Shown: positions 52,028 through 63,100 of the stretch, piece after piece | Layout: each line of letters begins with the position of its first letter | Numbering within the stretch: position 1 is the stretch's first letter | Assembly: GCA_965240325.2 (NCBI GenBank) | Contig: OZ251229.1 | Location: forward strand, 992,001-1,056,000 | Reading direction: 5' to 3' | Origin: Rebecca billardiae RCC1528 | Taxonomy: Eukaryota > Protista > Haptophyta | DNA: 64,000 nucleotides | Notes under the pieces: generated by a model | The model's database searches: none | What the model was told of the DNA's origin: nothing | What the model saw: only the letters and a program-made list of their open reading frames with translations | Position numbers and translations under genes: made by a program

Positions 52028-53410
52028 TCAGTGCCAGAAGGTCTGCCGCGCGATGTGGCGTGGCGCGGCACGGTACTGCACCGACTTCCCGAGCACCCCC
52101 CAGAGAAGCAGGTCGAGGGACGACGCGTCGAGCGCGCCGCCCGCCGCGCGCGAAACTGCCAGGATCGCCTCGCACGCCGCGACCGCGCCCGCCCGGATCG
52201 CCACCTCCTCCACACCGCCTGGCGGCAATGGCTGCTGCCCATCCACGCACGCCGCGAGCTCGGGCGCGTACACCAGGCAGCCGCGCGTGCGAAGCACCGC
52301 AGGCAGCACCGGGTCTGCGGCGACGGTGAGGAGGTGCAGGTCGGAGAAGTCGAAGCGCGGGTCGCGGCGCGAGAGCTGAGCGTGAAGCGATGCCACCAGT
52401 AGCTGCGCCTTCTTGAGCAGGTGCACGCGCAGCGGGGGAGCGCCTGCGCCCGCGCGTGCGCCCGCGGCCCTGCTCGCGGGCACCGCGCCGGCCGCAGTCG
52501 CCGGTATGTCCGCTACGTCTGCCAGAGCGGGGAGGAGAGCGACAAGGGCATCGATCAGGCTGGAGGCCGATGGGCGTACGCCGTGCGACGCCTCGCGGCC
52601 CAGATGCTCTAGCACGAACCCGCCGAGGCTGGTGTGCCCGCCCTGGACGAGCGCGCGGCCCGCCCCCCTAATCGCTGCATTCACGAGCGCTGCGAGCTCT
52701 GCCAGCGCAGCGCCCTGCGCGCTCTCCGGTGGTTCCGGGTGCTCGGGCAGGCGGAAGTGGCGCTCGGTATCGGACGCGCGCCACGAGACCATGCGCAGCG
52801 CGCTCCACGGCGCCTCGCGGGCGGCGCGCTCCACGCCCTCCGACATCACCACGAACGCCGAGCCATACTCGCCATGCCTGTACCGCCCGAGCTGGGATGC
52901 TCTCAGCTCCCGCTTGTACCCCGACCCAAAGTTGAGCAGGTCGAGCGCGCAGAAGGCGGAGACCTCGTCCTCGAGCGAGGCGAACGAGAGGCCCGCGAAG
53001 AAGCCCGTGTGGTACGGCGCCGAGCTCGGATCGTCGCCAGGCGCCGCGGCCGCGCGACTGAGCAGCTGCGCGCTGAGCCGGACGCATGCGCGCAGGTCGA
53101 CGGACACAAACGCTGTATCGAGCAGACAGCAGCTGGAGCGCACGCGCGCGAGAGCCCCCGTGCTCGCTGGCTGCCGCATGACGAGTCTCGCCTCGCCCGA
53201 CAGCGTGCATTGCCACACATGGCATAACTCAAATCCCAGCGCGCCGGCGAGCGCCGCATGCACATCGGTCTCGGCGCGCGTCAGGGTGATCACGAGCGAG
53301 ACGCGCTGCTGCACGTCAGCGTGGATCGCGCGCAGTGCTGCACGACCGCGCACAAGCGCCTCCTCCGCGCTGTCCGCTTCGAGGGTGCACTCGCGAGCCG
53401 CGCGCGCCAT
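52028..53410 (-). CDS. QNG1: Queuosine 5'-phosphate N-glycosylase/salvage protein (DUF2419) with extra N-terminal domain
   Basis: LDLLNFGSG, LLKKAQLLV..L, LTVAAD.VLP.VL...GCLVY..EL, EEVAIRA.AV.ACE.I and LD..LW...RH....FW. Confidence 0.75.
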   Translation of the reverse strand: MARAARECTLEADSAEEALVRGRAALRAIHADVQQRVSLVITLTRAETDVHAALAGALGFELCHVWQCTLSGEARLVMRQPASTGALARVRSSCCLLDTAFVSVDLRACVRLSAQLLSRAAAAPGDDPSSAPYHTGFFAGLSFASLEDEVSAFCALDLLNFGSGYKRELRASQLGRYRHGEYGSAFVVMSEGVERAAREAPWSALRMVSWRASDTERHFRLPEHPEPPESAQGAALAELAALVNAAIRGAGRALVQGGHTSLGGFVLEHLGREASHGVRPSASSLIDALVALLPALADVADIPATAAGAVPASRAAGARAGAGAPPLRVHLLKKAQLLVASLHAQLSRRDPRFDFSDLHLLTVAADPVLPAVLRTRGCLVYAPELAACVDGQQPLPPGGVEEVAIRAGAVAACEAILAVSRAAGGALDASSLDLLLWGVLGKSVQYRAAPRHIARQTFWH

Positions 53411-53473
53411 GGCCGCCCCGGCCGGATAGGCGCTCCGTCCCCGCGCCCCTGGCCAAAGGGTTGGCCTCGAACG

Positions 53474-54367
53474 ATGGCGGCCATCGCCACGCGCGTGACG
53501 CTCCCACTTTGGGGTGATGAGCTCGCGGGGCCCCAGATCGACATGTGCTTCCCGCCGGGCTTCCAGGCTGGTAGTGAGAGCTTGCCGTGCGTCCTCGTCT
53601 TCCGCGGCGGCGCGTATAAGATGCGCGCAGGCAGCGCGACGATGTGCGCGGATGTGGCGCGATTGCACAAGGTAGTCGTCGGCGATGTCGCGTACCGCGT
53701 GCTCGGCGACAAGCACGCCCCCCGCGAGGCGGTGGCAGACGATCCGCTGTGGCCACACTTCTTCGCCGACGCCGCGCGCGCCGTGCGCCTGGTGCGTGCG
53801 AAGCACGCCGAGCTTGGCATCGCGCCGAACCGGGTCGGAGCCATCGGCTTCTCTGCAGGTGGCCACCTTGTCTCACTGCTCGCCAGCGGGCGCGAGCTGG
53901 CGCCGCCGAGTGTCGCTGACGCGACGTTGGACGCGTACTCGTTCGTACCCGACTTTACCGCTCTCAGCTACCCGTTCATCTCGCTCGTCGACGACGCGCT
54001 GCAGACGGGCGCGACCCGGCGCTGCGTCAAGATCTTTGCGGGGCGGGGCGACCCGCCGGACGAGCTGAGGCGGCTGCTGTCGTCGCAGCTGCACGTGCGC
54101 GAGGGGCACCCGCCAACGTTCATCTGGCACTGTGAGGACGACCGCATCGTACCCGTCTCGCAGGCGCGCGCCATGGCGGACGCGCTCGCGGCGGCGAGTG
54201 TTCCGCACGAGCAGTACATCCTTCCGGCGGGCGGGCACGCCATCGGGCTGGCTCTTGAGGGCGAGTGCGAGCACCCGAACGACTGGCTTACGCGCTTCTT
54301 CGACTGGGTGGGGAAGCTGCCGTCAGGCGCGGCGCTCGTGTTGGCGGGCGCTCCAGGGAGCGCCTGA
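53474..54367 (+). CDS. Alpha/beta hydrolase (BD-FAE / acetyl-xylan-esterase-like carboxylesterase)
   Basis: Oxyanion VFRGGAY, nucleophile GFSAGGHL, PPTFIWHCEDD..VP (Asp) and GGHAIGL (His). Confidence 0.9.
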   Translation: MAAIATRVTLPLWGDELAGPQIDMCFPPGFQAGSESLPCVLVFRGGAYKMRAGSATMCADVARLHKVVVGDVAYRVLGDKHAPREAVADDPLWPHFFADAARAVRLVRAKHAELGIAPNRVGAIGFSAGGHLVSLLASGRELAPPSVADATLDAYSFVPDFTALSYPFISLVDDALQTGATRRCVKIFAGRGDPPDELRRLLSSQLHVREGHPPTFIWHCEDDRIVPVSQARAMADALAAASVPHEQYILPAGGHAIGLALEGECEHPNDWLTRFFDWVGKLPSGAALVLAGAPGSA

Positions 54368-55549
54368 CACGGCGATCCATCGGATTCGCCCTCGCCTACG
54401 TGCCCAGCTTGTCCGAGGGCGTGTCGGCACTAGCTATTGTTTAACGTGCGTAAGGCTCACGGTGGCAGGTTGCCGCGCCATCCTTCATCGCACGCTCTCC
54501 GAATAAGAGAGACCTGGAAATATATAACTGCTGGTTTGCACCGACATGACCTCAGACGCACGCAAGAGCACGCCAGTACTCCCACTCGGCCACAGACCGG
54601 CGTCCAGGCCGAGCCGAACTCGACGGGCCCGTGCTGCGTGCGGGCAGTAGATAGATTACGTGGCCGCGCGCTATTTATTTCAATAATGGCGCACGCCCCC
54701 CCCCCCGAAAGGTCTGAGCGTGAGCGAAAGCCGGGGGGGGGGCGGCGCACGTGCTCCGCAAAATCAAAAAGAGGATGCGCGCAGGATTTTGGGGATTTTT
54801 CGGTAGGTGGCCACCGCGTATGAGTGGATATCGCTGCCGCAATGATTGCGTTTGTACTGCCCCTTAATTTTAACGATAGTAACACTTAGGGGGAATGCAG
54901 GGTGGAATAGCACATAACACCAGCCGTGTGTTAGAACATTCCGTCATAGTAAGATGCCTGAATTGTAAGAGCCTGAAACAGCTCGCCAACCATAGATGAT
55001 AGAAACGATAGGTTGGGTCGTCAGCTTTGATTCACGCGCTTCTGAAAAACAGCGTTTTAGATTAGACGCATCCCTCTTCTCTTATAAGAGAACTGCGCTT
55101 CAAAAACACCGTTTCAACGAAAGACGATCGCCCGCCATTCAACTGAAACGAGAGCTGTTCACTCATCAGATTCATCAAAGCGACGCGATATGGTATTGCG
55201 CGGGTAGCTTGAATCGACCTTCCCGCGCGCCCTGGTATCATACGGTTAGCAAGCTACTGTTGTTGATATACTTTTGGTCATCTGTTGATACGACGTCAAT
55301 GCGGGTGGCAATCCATTCTTGGATTGCAAGAATGGATTGCCACCCGCATTGACGAGCCTAAAATCTCATGAGCATAAGAATTTCTACCGCTTCAAGTACG
55401 ACGAATTGATTCAAAGCCAAATGCGGGTGTGATTCGACGTTATGATCCATCTGCAATCATTATAGGAGCTCTCTGAAAATAAGACTACCAGTAGTGTCCT
55501 GACGCGTGACGATTCAGATCGCGAGGCGTCACGTTGCGCCGGCCGGCTC

Positions 55550-56400
55550 GCGCAAAACACGACGAGTACGAGCCGATCGTCGCGCGCGGCCTCTGCGCGC
55601 GCGCGGCGGCGCGGCGCGCGGCCGGGCGCGGGAGCCTGGGCGGCGGCGGGCGCGCGGCGGGGCGTGTGCTGCCCGAGAGGCTGGCGCACTCGCCCAGCGC
55701 CGCCGCGCACACCGCCGCCGACCTCGCGCGCACGCCCTCCGTCGCGGCGACGACGGCGACGACGGCGGCGCGCGCGGGCGGCAGACGCTGTGCGAGCGCG
55801 CCACCGCCGACGCCGTCGCGCCGCCGCTGCCCCCGCCGCACCGTGCCGCCGTCGCAGAGGCCGCGCCGCCGTTGGTCGACGCGCGCGCACGCGTCGCCAC
55901 GGCCGCCGCCGTCGAGATTCATCATTCAAGATCGGCGCGGGCGTACGCTGCGGCTCGCGCAACGCGCCGCCGCCGCCGCCGCCGCTCCCCCCGCCCCCGT
56001 CCGCCCTCCCGCCCGTCCCGCGCCTCGACGGCGCGCGCCTCCAAAATGTGTGCACCACCGTGCACCGCGCCTCGTGGCGGACGGCGCGGCGCACTGGGCC
56101 GCGGCCGTGTGGGCGATGGCGCGCGGCGCGCGACCCGACGTACGCGGCGGCGCTCGGCCGCACGCTCGAGGGGCCGCTGTGCGCGCTCGCCGCGCCGCCG
56201 CTGCCCGCCGCCGCCGCAAGCCGCAAGTCGCTCGCGCGCCGCGGCCGCGGCCGAGGCGGGACGGGTGGGAGGCGGCGGCTCGGCGCGCGCTGCGGAGGCG
56301 CCGCTGCTGCCGCTGCGCGCGGCGCAGCGGCTTCTCGCGTAGTGGTCGGGCGCGGCGCTGAGTGGCTGCTCTGCGCGCAGCGCGGCTGCGCACACAACGC
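55550..56400 (+). pseudogene. Possible frameshifted gene fragment
   Basis: Coding-like peptides alternate among the three + frames (KHDEYEPIVARGL; AVAEAAPPLVDARARV; RDPTYAAALGRTLEGPLCAL) with no coherent splice model. Confidence 0.25.
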
Positions 56401-56634
56401 GCGTGCGAGCTCGCGTGCACCCCCGGCGCCGCCGCCCGGCTGTCGGACTCGCCAGTGACTCGGCTGCATTCGGCGCATGCACCCGTCCGACCGTCCGACC
56501 GTGTCGTCACAAGCCGGCTGCTGCTCACAAGCTGCGCGTGATTCGTGACGAAGAAAGAACGCGACAACTAGCAGCCACTATCGGGCCGTGCGCCCTCAAC
56601 TTCGTTGTTTACTACCCGAAGATCGGCGTAGCCG

Positions 56635-56775
<141 letters not shown>

Positions 56776-58857
56776 CCCGCCATATATGATTATATTGCAT
56801 GCAATTCGTCGTCTGACTCTGAGTCGGCTGCGAGGGCGTAGCCTCAACAAGTAGCATGGTCAGGACTCAGGTGGAGCCGGCCCGCCGATATCGGGCGTGA
56901 GTTACTGCATCCGTGCTCACTGCTGTCCGCGGTCCGTCGGTCGTCGGACCGCGCCGAGACTCGCTAAGCACGGCAGCCACGGGTTCGGTTGGCAGCGGTT
57001 ACTGTATTATGGCGCTGGTGATGTGACGCGCATCCGTCTGCCGTGCTGCTAGCTACTCATCGGAGTACGACTGTCGCCTCTATAGCTAGTGTGCATGCCC
57101 GCCCACGGACGCGGTCACCGCTTATTCTTAAGGGCGATCAGTATCATCATATAGACGTCACCAGTCCGGACGACGCGATATGCGAAGGTAGTATGTGCGC
57201 GGCGTGATTGATGATGATCGATTCATTCGACCGGACCCGTTGCAAGCGTGAGCGCCGAAAAAACGACACTTCGGCGGCCTAGAGTGACGATACAGTCTTG
57301 CAGGCGGCGGCGGCGGCGGCGGGAGCGTGACAGTGCGTCTACCATCACCTTCCGTCTAGCGCGCTACGCCGCGCGTGCCGGGTAGTGCCCCCGGCCCGCC
57401 GCAGCAGCAGCCTCGACAAGTGAAGAGACGATGACCGCGGACGCAGTGCCGCCGAGTACAGCCTGCATCCACTTGCCGCGCGGCGCGCACTGTAGTTGCA
57501 CTTGCAGCGCTCGCGCTCGGCGAGCATGGGCGTGCGCTCAGGCGTGTCAAGTGCTGTCTCGTCGGCGCGCTTTCGCCTGCCACCTCGTGCACCCGTGCAC
57601 GCAGCTTCATCGTCTTCATGAGGACTGCTGTGCTGCTGTCGCCATCACCCGAGTCCGAGTCGCGCGCGGCGCGCGCGGTGGCAGCTGTGCACCGCAGAGT
57701 GTCACCGCTGCTGCTTCGCAGCAGTCATCAGCAGCTGCGTCGTCATCCTCCTCGTCGTCGGCTTCCACTGCCGCAAGAGGGAACGCTGCCAAAGCTGCAG
57801 TTGGGAGGCAAGCCCTTCTCTCTTCCCATCGCGGCGCGCGCGCTGCGACAGCCCTCCCCGTTTCCTTCTCTTGATTGACCACCTGCTGAGGGTTTTGCAG
57901 CTCGATCTCGGCAACGGCAGCACCTGGCGACGAACGGATTGGATTGGTGCACGGGGAATTGGATTCCCCGTGCACCAATCCGCTCGGCTCGTCGCGCCCG
58001 GCAGCCATCGCCCAGCGCTAGTTGCAAAACCGTATTTTCACCGGTACGTCGCATTTTCACCGCCCTACGGTCACTCACCCGTGCAACGGGTCACCGGCGC
58101 TCCATGCTCACCATGATGACAGATGATGACTAGCCCATGGATAGTCGCGGCGACATCCGCTGATGCAGACATGGCACTACGCCGTCAAATCATCGTCGCG
58201 TGTCGGCGGCTTGCATATTGTTTCCAGCAACTGCTGCATCATCGAAAACTTGCGACGATGATATTGACCACTGACATGCTCATGCAATGACAGTGACGAT
58301 GACACTGGCAGTGAGGCTGCATCTACAGCATCTAGCCACTGCGCGCAGCGGAAAACTCAGCATTTTCAAGACCTTAAACTGCTGTGCTGCCTGACAATTC
58401 TGTGCGGCGGAAGGTACGTGTCCAACAGCAGTAGTCATTTGTTTTACTGGTCATGGCCTGCCGCTCGGGACCGTCCGCAGATTGATGACGTGAAATGTAC
58501 TACTATGAAAATCCGATCGACCAGCGGAATACTGATTTTCAACCGCATTATGATATTGGGACGTGGGCGCCCAGAATATATGGATAACTGCGCGGAAGAG
58601 CTGTGCTCGCGCGGAAATCGTGCACGTGCCATGATCAGCGCACTACCTGAGACCGTACAGTAACCATCTTAGCAGAGTTCTTGAAGCCGCCTGTGGACCA
58701 ATAATATCATTACTCAATAATAATAATCATGGAGCATCTGCTGTCGTGCGATGATGACTCAGACCTGACCCGGACGTACACGTTCCGACGGCACGCAGGT
58801 GGTCTCAGACTAGTGACTCAGAGCTACACCGTCATGGTGACGATGGCTGTCACTTTA

Positions 58858-59127
58858 TCTCGCCTGCCTGAGCTCCGTGTGCGTCTCTTATTCTTATAGT
58901 AAGACGACGACGTTTTATTGTGGACGACGGTGGGGCGAGGACGACGGGCGCTGGCGCGCCGCGAGGCGGCCGCACCCCTCATCCAGGCCTCGCAGGCGGA
59001 CGGCTGAACGATTTTTTCCGGCGGCGCTACCATCGGCGACGACGGCTTCATGGGCGGTGACAGTTGGCGGGCGTCAATCTCGTCGCCTGCCTGAGCTGTG
59101 TGCGTCTCTTATTCTTAGTAAACTGTA
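58858..59127 (+). repeat. Dispersed repeat motif A, two direct copies (~58858-58903, ~59078-59127)
   Basis: CGCCTGCCTGAGCT(CC/GT)GTGTGCGTCTCTTATTCTTA occurs twice, ~220 bp apart. Confidence 0.85.
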
Positions 59128-59343
59128 CTCGTCGTTTTACCCGTTTTACCGGTGATGCCGAGCGACCTCTCGGGATCGCCCGCAGATTAAGGGGGTTGAT
59201 ATAAGGATATTTTGACGCGACAATCGTCACAGGCCAGAGCCACGGGTGGCCGTTGATGGTCCAGCTTCGAACGGCACTCTCGTCCACTGCCTCGCCGTCG
59301 GGGGGACCACGAGGCGCGACCAGACGACATCAGGGGTCAACAG

Positions 59344-59748
59344 ATGGGAGTCTATCACTGCGAATGCGGCGAGACGCTGTGTGGCGAGACATTCCCGTGT
59401 GAGCAGTGCGGCTACGGCGATGGCGATGGAAACACCCTGTGCGAAGGCTGCGCAGAGGTGCATTGCGCGCCGGAGAGCGAGCGTGAGAAGGGACTCGCGC
59501 GGGGTGACGCAGCACTGCTCGAGCATCTCCTCGCCTTCGGCGTGTACACGGGCAGCTCGAAACACGATCGCGGGAAATCTCTCCAGAGCCAGGCGGTCCG
59601 TCAGCTCGTCGGGAGGATCGTTTCGGATCCCATTGGATTCAGCGAGCAGGTCGAGAAGCTGGACGCCCCGGTGAAGCAGCCCGCAAAGAAGCTGAAGAGC
59701 ATGCACCCAGGCGCGCCCCCGAAGGCTGTGCTCACTCTCGACGAGTGA
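59344..59748 (+). CDS. Small Cys-rich putative zinc-binding protein (134 aa)
   Basis: CECGETLC...CEQC...LCEGC..VHC cluster, host-like codon usage and a basic C-terminus. It may be a terminal exon, since CAG lies directly before the ATG. Confidence 0.45.
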   Translation: MGVYHCECGETLCGETFPCEQCGYGDGDGNTLCEGCAEVHCAPESEREKGLARGDAALLEHLLAFGVYTGSSKHDRGKSLQSQAVRQLVGRIVSDPIGFSEQVEKLDAPVKQPAKKLKSMHPGAPPKAVLTLDE

Positions 59749-60112
59749 CGCACTCACTACGTCTTTTGCTCGTGGGGGCGTGCGCCGCCCCGGCCGCCTT
59801 CAGTTGCAAATCGTACGCACTCATCATCATCTCATCATCATGAGACATGATGAAGCGCGGCTCAGCCTCCTAGTCCTAAGACCCGCGCGTAGTGGCCGCG
59901 TGGGTGAACACTCCGATGTCAATAAGTGTCATCAGCTGTGGCGGCCGGTCTGCGAACTGACATTGATGATATGATGATGATGGCGGAGTGCCGCCCGCCG
60001 TGGCGGGCGCTATGAGCCACTGCGGCCTCCTAAACTGTGTCAGCTGCTCAAGGAAACTGTCAGCAGCAAGGCTGCGCAGCCTTTTAAAACTGCTGCCGCC
60101 GCGGAGCCACTG

Positions 60113-63100
60113 TCACGATGCAGACTGAGACGCATCCGCAGCGCCTGATCCAGAAGCGGGTGGCGGGGGCTGCGGCGATGACAAGGAGGTGGTCGAGGAG
60201 ACCTGCGATGGGCGAGCAGGTGCCGTGGAGCTATTCGCTGGGCTCGCCACGCCTCCGCCCGATTTGGGCGGGGCAGGCGCGTGCGTTGGCGCCGGTGCTG
60301 CCGGCATGCTCTGGGCGCGCGCACTTCCGCTGCCGCCGCCGCCGCCGCCGCCGCTGCCCGTGGTGGCGGAGGGCGCGTGGCTATTCGTGGGGGCAGCGCG
60401 CGCGCCCTGCGCGGACGGCGCGGCAGTTGCGTGCGCGTGCGAGCCCGCCGGCGGCGACATCACCTCCGCTCCGCCGCTGTCCGCGGCCACGCCCTGCACG
60501 TCGCACGCGGCCGCTCGGCGCGCGGCCGACGCTATGGACGGCGTGCTCGACTTGAGCTTGGCAGCTTCGTCCTTGGCCCACTTGGAGAGGCTGCTGAGTG
60601 TGCGCGGGCCGCCGGAGGCGTTCCGCCCGTGCCGTGCCGCGCTCGACGCGTCGCCCTCCGCGGCGCCCGCCACGCCGGCGGCCGCGCCGTCGGCCGCGCC
60701 GGCGGCGGTCGTCGGCGCGCTCGGGCTGACGCCGGTGATGGCAAGGAGCAACTCATCGCGTGCCTGGGCGGCCACAAGGGCGGGGCGGGGCGCGGTGTGT
60801 CGCGGGGCGGGGCGCTGAGCGCGCGAGCTCGGCCGCGCCCGGCTCGCGTGGCGCCGCGCGCGCAGCGGAGCCGCACCTTCTTCTTCAGCTGCGCGCCCGC
60901 GCCGACGTGCAGCAGCGCGGCCACGTGCCGAGCAGAGTACTCCGGGTGCGCGCGCGACCAGTGAAGCAGCTCCTCTGGCGGCGTGTAGAAGGCCTTGATG
61001 TACCCGTCGACGAAATCGAGCTGCGAGGGCAGGCCGCGCGAGGCGAGGCCGGCCTGCAGGGTCTGCAGGTCGATCGACATCTGCGCACGGCCCTCCTGGG
61101 AGCACCGCTTCGCGTTGGCATAGCCCTGCGCGCGCGACGCGCGCGGCGCGCGCGCCACGCTGGGCGTGAGACGTGGCGGCGGGCGGGCGGCCAGGCGGCA
61201 GACAGCGCGCGCGGTGCTGCGCGGCGCGCGGCGCGGCGGCCGCGCGCACCTCGACGAGCTGCGCGCAGATGTGCTGCTGCAGCAGCCCGTGCAGCCGGTG
61301 CAGCGTGTGCGGCGGCAGCTGCAGCAGCGCGAGGTGCGTGAGCGCGCGGTCCACCGCCTCGAGCAGCTGCGCCACATACGCTGACTCTGCCGTGCCGATG
61401 TCCTTCAACTCCCACTTGGTGAAGCCAATGGCGGCGACGACCGGGGCGAGGTCGAGCGTGCGGCGGACGAGGGCGCGCTCGATCGCCTCCTCGAGGTGCG
61501 GCACCGCGTCGACCACCTGCGCGTAGAAGGAGGCCACCTGCGCCAGGTGGGTCGACGTCGAGCCCACGCCCGACGCGCGCAGCAGCGACTCGATCCGCGG
61601 GCGCGCCGCGTGCAGCACGGCCGCTGCGCACCGCATCGCCTCCACCGCCACGACCGACTCGGCGGGGCCGAGGCGCGAGCGCTCGGAGGGCGTGGAGAGC
61701 GGGTGCAGCGAGGTGACGATCTGCCGCGCGGCCGCACGCATCGCCGCCGCCGTGTCCGCCGCCGACGACGAGCCGCCCCCCACCGCGCCGCCGCCGCCGC
61801 TCCCGCCGCTCCCGCCGCCGCCGCCGCCGCCGTTCGCGCCGCCGCCGCCGCTCTCGTCGACGATGAGCACGTGCTGCATGCGCAGGAGCGAGCCCTTCAG
61901 CCTGGGAGCGAGCGCGTCGCCGAGCTCGCCCTCGTCCCATCCCGCCGTGCCCACGCGCGCGCCGCCCCAGAACGCGGTGAACACCGCGAGCAGCAGCAGC
62001 TCGAAGAGCGAGGCCAGCCCGGCAAACGCGTCGGGCGCGGCGGGCTGCAGCACTCGCATCACGTGCACGTACCTGTGCACCATGCGGCCGAAGTTGAGCG
62101 CGGTGGCACACACGGCGGGAGGGACGCCCTCCGGCAGCGCGGGCGGCGCGCGGGAGGCCGGAGGCTCGTGCGCGCCCGAGCCCGAGCCGGGATGGTGCGC
62201 CGCCGGGTGTGCGCGCTCCCATCTCGCCCACAGGCCGGTGGCGGGCGCCGGCGGGCCGCGCGCGTCGGACGGCTGCGTCGGCGCGGCCGCGTCGGCGGCG
62301 CGCGCGTCGGCGGCCTCGGCAGCGGGTGGCGCCGCCTCCTCGTCGTCTAGCTCGCGCGCCGCCGCGTCCGCCTCGACCCGCGCAAGCTCGGCCTCGAGCA
62401 TCAGCGCCACCGCGGCGTACGACGGCGGATAGAGCCCGCTGCCGCTCGCGCTGCCGGCGCCGTGCGCGGCCGCGAGCGCGTGGCTGCTGTCGGCAGCGGC
62501 CACGCACCCCGTACCCGCCGCGCCGCCGTCGGAGCCGCCGCCGGCGCGCGCCGGCTCGCCCGCGCGCGGCCCGAAGTCGAAGAGGGCCCCGAGCGGGCTC
62601 GCCGCCTGCGCGGGCAGCCGCTGCCACAGCTCGGACTCCAGCCGCACGCGCAGCTCGTCCACCCGCTCCCGGTGGAAGGCCCCGTAGAAGGACGCCGCCT
62701 TGGCGCGCAGTGAGGCTCGCAACACGGTCGGCTGCTCACCCGAGAACGCGGCGCCGAGCTGCATGAAGTGCTCGACGCGCTCGAGCAGCGTGAGCATCTG
62801 CTCGATCGAGAAGGTGGCTGTCGGCGCGCCCACGATCGCCACGCTCAGCTGCCGCTGCGCCTCCATCCACACCATGCCCCGCGAGATGGCCAGGCTCTTG
62901 CTCAGCGCCTCGTGCGCGGAGCGCGGCAGCGCGCGAGGTGGCGCGCGTGCAAGGCCGTCAGCGGCGGCGGCCACCCGGAAGGACGGCGTCGCCGACGCCG
63001 AGGACGGGCCGTCCACCGAGCCCGATGCCGACGCGCACTCCGCCGCCGCCGCCGCCGCCTCGCCGCCCGCCTCGCCCTCCGCCTCGCCGAGCGCGCGCTG

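Noticed and set aside
28912-53410. RNA-metabolism cluster (RPB5, PUS7, DDX55, QNG1)
   Set aside because: These genes are scattered over 25 kb among unrelated genes, which is compatible with chance.
54706-54732. Hammerhead ribozyme (CTGA...GAAA)
   Set aside because: The core reads CTGAGCG rather than CTGANGA, and the stems do not fit the consensus.
56592-56603. GCCCTCAACTTC, matching the MULE right end plus TSD
   Set aside because: No TIR or CTTAATGTGG units are adjacent, so it is treated as a chance 12-bp match.
57560-58010. Acidic peptide EADDEEDDDAAADD on the minus strand
   Set aside because: There is no coherent ORF or splice model. It is at most a small decayed fragment.
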